The notes beneath the pieces are model-generated. The model had not been told where the DNA came from. It saw nothing but the letters and a program-made list of their open reading frames with translations, and searched no databases. The position numbers and the translations under genes are program-made. Below are positions 61,660-64,000 of a stretch of 64,000 nucleotides of DNA, piece after piece. The DNA comes from an uncultured delta proteobacterium (lineage in GTDB: Bacteria > Desulfobacterota > WTBG01): contig CAWCBP010000002.1 in NCBI GenBank assembly GCA_963793865.1, forward strand, positions 117,722 through 181,721, read 5' to 3'. Positions within the stretch are counted from its first letter, which is position 1. Each line of letters opens with the position of its first letter.

Positions 61660-62492
61660 GGGTGAATCCCCGCTCGGTCAACACCTTTGCCGCACTCTGC
61701 CTGAACGCGCAGGCGCTCTTTACCGTCAGCATCCTGGTGGTGATTATCTTCATCATCTTCGTCAAGGGGATTGCCAACTTCAACCTGGAATTCATCCTTA
61801 CCTTTCCCGAGGACATGGGCAGGCACGGCGGCATATTCCCCGCCATTGTGGGAACTTTTTTCCTGGTGCTGCTTTCCCTGCTCTTTGCCGCGCCGCTGGG
61901 ACTGGGCACCGCCATCTACCTGACCGAATATACCAGGGAGTCCCGGCTCACCACCCTTGTCCGCTTCGGCGTGGAATCGCTGGCGGGCGTACCCTCGATC
62001 ATTTACGGCCTGTTCGGCTTCATATTTTTTGTCATCAAGCTGAAGATGGGCTGGTCCCTGCTGGCAGGATCGCTGACCATGGCCATCATGATCCTGCCCA
62101 CCATCATCAGAACCAGCGAAGAGGCCATCAAGTCGGTGCCCGGCAACCTGAGGAGGGTGAGCTATTCCCTCGGCGCCACCCGCTGGGAAACCACCACCCG
62201 GGTGGTGCTGCCCTGCGCCGCTCCGGGTATTCTTACCGGAATCATGCTGAGCATAGGCAGGACCATCAGCGAGACCGCCGCGGTCATCTTTACCATGGGA
62301 AGCTCGCTCCGGCTGCCCACCTCGCTCATGGATTCAGGAAGAAGCATGGCGGTGCATTTCTACATCCTGGCCCGCGAGGGCATCTCCATGGAAAAAGCAT
62401 ATGCCACCGCTATGGTACTGGTACTGATCATCCTGGCCATCAACGCCGTGGCCTATTATCTCATGCACCGCATAACCTCAAAGTACTCGTAA
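61656..62492 (+). CDS. pstA: phosphate ABC transporter permease PstA
   Basis: LAGVPSIIYGLFG, IRTSEEA, GRTISETAA. Confidence 0.95.
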   Translation: MRVNPRSVNTFAALCLNAQALFTVSILVVIIFIIFVKGIANFNLEFILTFPEDMGRHGGIFPAIVGTFFLVLLSLLFAAPLGLGTAIYLTEYTRESRLTTLVRFGVESLAGVPSIIYGLFGFIFFVIKLKMGWSLLAGSLTMAIMILPTIIRTSEEAIKSVPGNLRRVSYSLGATRWETTTRVVLPCAAPGILTGIMLSIGRTISETAAVIFTMGSSLRLPTSLMDSGRSMAVHFYILAREGISMEKAYATAMVLVLIILAINAVAYYLMHRITSKYS

Positions 62493-62500
62493 CCGCTCCC

Positions 62501-63256
62501 ATGGACTGCAAGATAAACTTTGAGCACATCAGTGTATCGTTCGGAAAGGCCGCGGTCTTGCGGGACATAAACCTCACGGTGTGCAGGAACAGTGTCACCG
62601 GTTTCATGGGTCCGTCGGGCAGCGGCAAGTCCACCCTCATCTCGCTCATCAACCGGATGATCGATTTCGAGGATGGCGTAACCATTGAGGGTAGCGTAAC
62701 CATTGACGGCAGCAACGTGCTCGACCCGCGCACCGACGTGATCAGCCTGAGGAAACGGGTGGGAACCGTCTTCGCGGTGCCGCTGCCGCTTCCCCGCTCC
62801 ATATTTGAGAACATCGCCTATGGATTGCGGCTGCAGGGCATTAACAAACGGGCGGTACTCAGCGAAATGGTCGCGGAGAGCTTAAGCAAGGCCTTTCTCT
62901 TTGAAGAGGTGCGGGACCGGCTTCACACCTCGGCACTCAAGCTGTCCGGCGGACAGCAGCAGCGGCTCTGCCTTGCCCGGACGCTCGCCATCAAGCCGGA
63001 GATCATCCTGCTTGATGAGCCCTGCTCGGGACTGGACCCCATTTCAACCGCCAAGATTGAAGAGGCGCTGAGCGAACTCAAGAAGGAGTATACCATCGTG
63101 CTGGTTTCCAACAACACCAAGCAGATCGCCCGAGCCACCGACTACGCGGCCTTCTTCTACATGAGCAAGCTGGTGGAATACGGTGAAACCTCCTCCATCT
63201 TCACCACGCCGGCGGTGCAACAGACCGAAGATTACATTCAGGGGAAGTTCGGATAA
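62501..63256 (+). CDS. pstB: phosphate ABC transporter ATPase PstB, copy 1 (Q-loop and H-switch substituted)
   Basis: GPSGSGKS, LSGGQQQR, LLDEP; VFAVP instead of VFQ, VSNN instead of VTHN. Confidence 0.92.
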   Translation: MDCKINFEHISVSFGKAAVLRDINLTVCRNSVTGFMGPSGSGKSTLISLINRMIDFEDGVTIEGSVTIDGSNVLDPRTDVISLRKRVGTVFAVPLPLPRSIFENIAYGLRLQGINKRAVLSEMVAESLSKAFLFEEVRDRLHTSALKLSGGQQQRLCLARTLAIKPEIILLDEPCSGLDPISTAKIEEALSELKKEYTIVLVSNNTKQIARATDYAAFFYMSKLVEYGETSSIFTTPAVQQTEDYIQGKFG

Positions 63257-64000
63257 TGACTGACTGCTCGCTCAAGACGGAAGAGCTGAATCTGTTTTAC
63301 GGAAGCTTCCAGGGGCTCAAGGACGTGAACTTCTGCGTGTACACCCATTCCATAACCGCGCTGATCGGTCCCTCGGGATGCGGCAAATCAACCCTGCTGC
63401 GCTGCTTCAACCGCATGAATGACCTGATTGACGATGTGGCCATTAAGGGAACCATCCTGGTGACGGACCGGCGGATCGAGGAGTTTGACGTCATTTCATT
63501 GAGGAAGAAGGTGGGCATGGTGTTCCAGCGGCCCAACCCCTTCCCGGCCTCGGTCTATGAAAACATGATCTACGGGCTCAAAACGCACGGGATAAGGAAG
63601 AAGCTCTACGCCGACATCGTCGAGCGGTGCCTGAAGGCGGTTGACCTGCTCGACGACCTCAAGGACAAGCTGCACCAGCCTGCGCTAAGCCTTTCCGAAG
63701 AGATGAAGCAGCGGCTGTGCATTGCGCGCCTGCTCACCGTGGAGCCTGAAATCATCCTGCTTGATGAGCCCTGCTCGGCGCTCGACCCCATCGCCACCCT
63801 GAAAATCGAGGAGCTGATGACCGAGCTGAAAACGAACTACACCATTCTCATCGTCACCCACAACATGCAGCAGGCGGCCCGTGTCTCCGATTACACCGGC
63901 TTCATGCTTTTGGGCGAGCTCATCGAGTTTGATAAAACGCCGAAGGTCTTCACCTCCCCCCAGGACAAGCGAACCGAGGGTTACATCACCGGCAGGTTTG
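63256..64000 (+). CDS. pstB: phosphate ABC transporter ATPase PstB, copy 2 (signature substituted); stop lies beyond the window
   Basis: Not in the ORF track. MTDCSLKTEELNLFYG...GPSGCGKS...VFQRPNPF...LSEEMKQR...LLDEPCSALDP...VTHNMQQ...YITGRF. Confidence 0.93.
   Translation, partial: MTDCSLKTEELNLFYGSFQGLKDVNFCVYTHSITALIGPSGCGKSTLLRCFNRMNDLIDDVAIKGTILVTDRRIEEFDVISLRKKVGMVFQRPNPFPASVYENMIYGLKTHGIRKKLYADIVERCLKAVDLLDDLKDKLHQPALSLSEEMKQRLCIARLLTVEPEIILLDEPCSALDPIATLKIEELMTELKTNYTILIVTHNMQQAARVSDYTGFMLLGELIEFDKTPKVFTSPQDKRTEGYITGRF

Overview
Bacterial chromosomal window. The gene content (two sigma-54 activators, two aldehyde:ferredoxin oxidoreductases, iron-sulfur flavoproteins, LarE) suggests an anaerobic Deltaproteobacterium/Desulfobacterota; this is an inference. 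(i) 1-12.8 kb is an AT-richer accessory zone. It has a minus-strand cluster of small membrane/exported genes, and a ~4.3 kb patchwork of lipoproteins and gene remnants bracketed by two ~345-bp copies of the 3' end of an NtrC-family gene plus its sigma-54 promoter/enhancer. (ii) 13-50 kb holds metabolic genes and candidate defence genes (DUF2779 nuclease, AbiE toxin-antitoxin pair, a translationally coupled Hsp70-TPR + minimal SF1 helicase pair). Nearly every spacer there is a mosaic of about ten short repeat families, and one repeat sits in-frame inside a gene with a 6-bp target duplication. The 37.9-38.6 kb spacer carries a candidate sigma-54 sRNA with anti-Shine-Dalgarno loops and a Moco/Tuco-type riboswitch. 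(iii) 50-64 kb is housekeeping (nadA, larE, glgC, amidase, phoU-pstSCAB-pstB), and the two PstB copies are reciprocally degenerate. I saw no rRNA, tRNA, CRISPR array, integrase or transposase. Several single-base frameshifts may be assembly errors.
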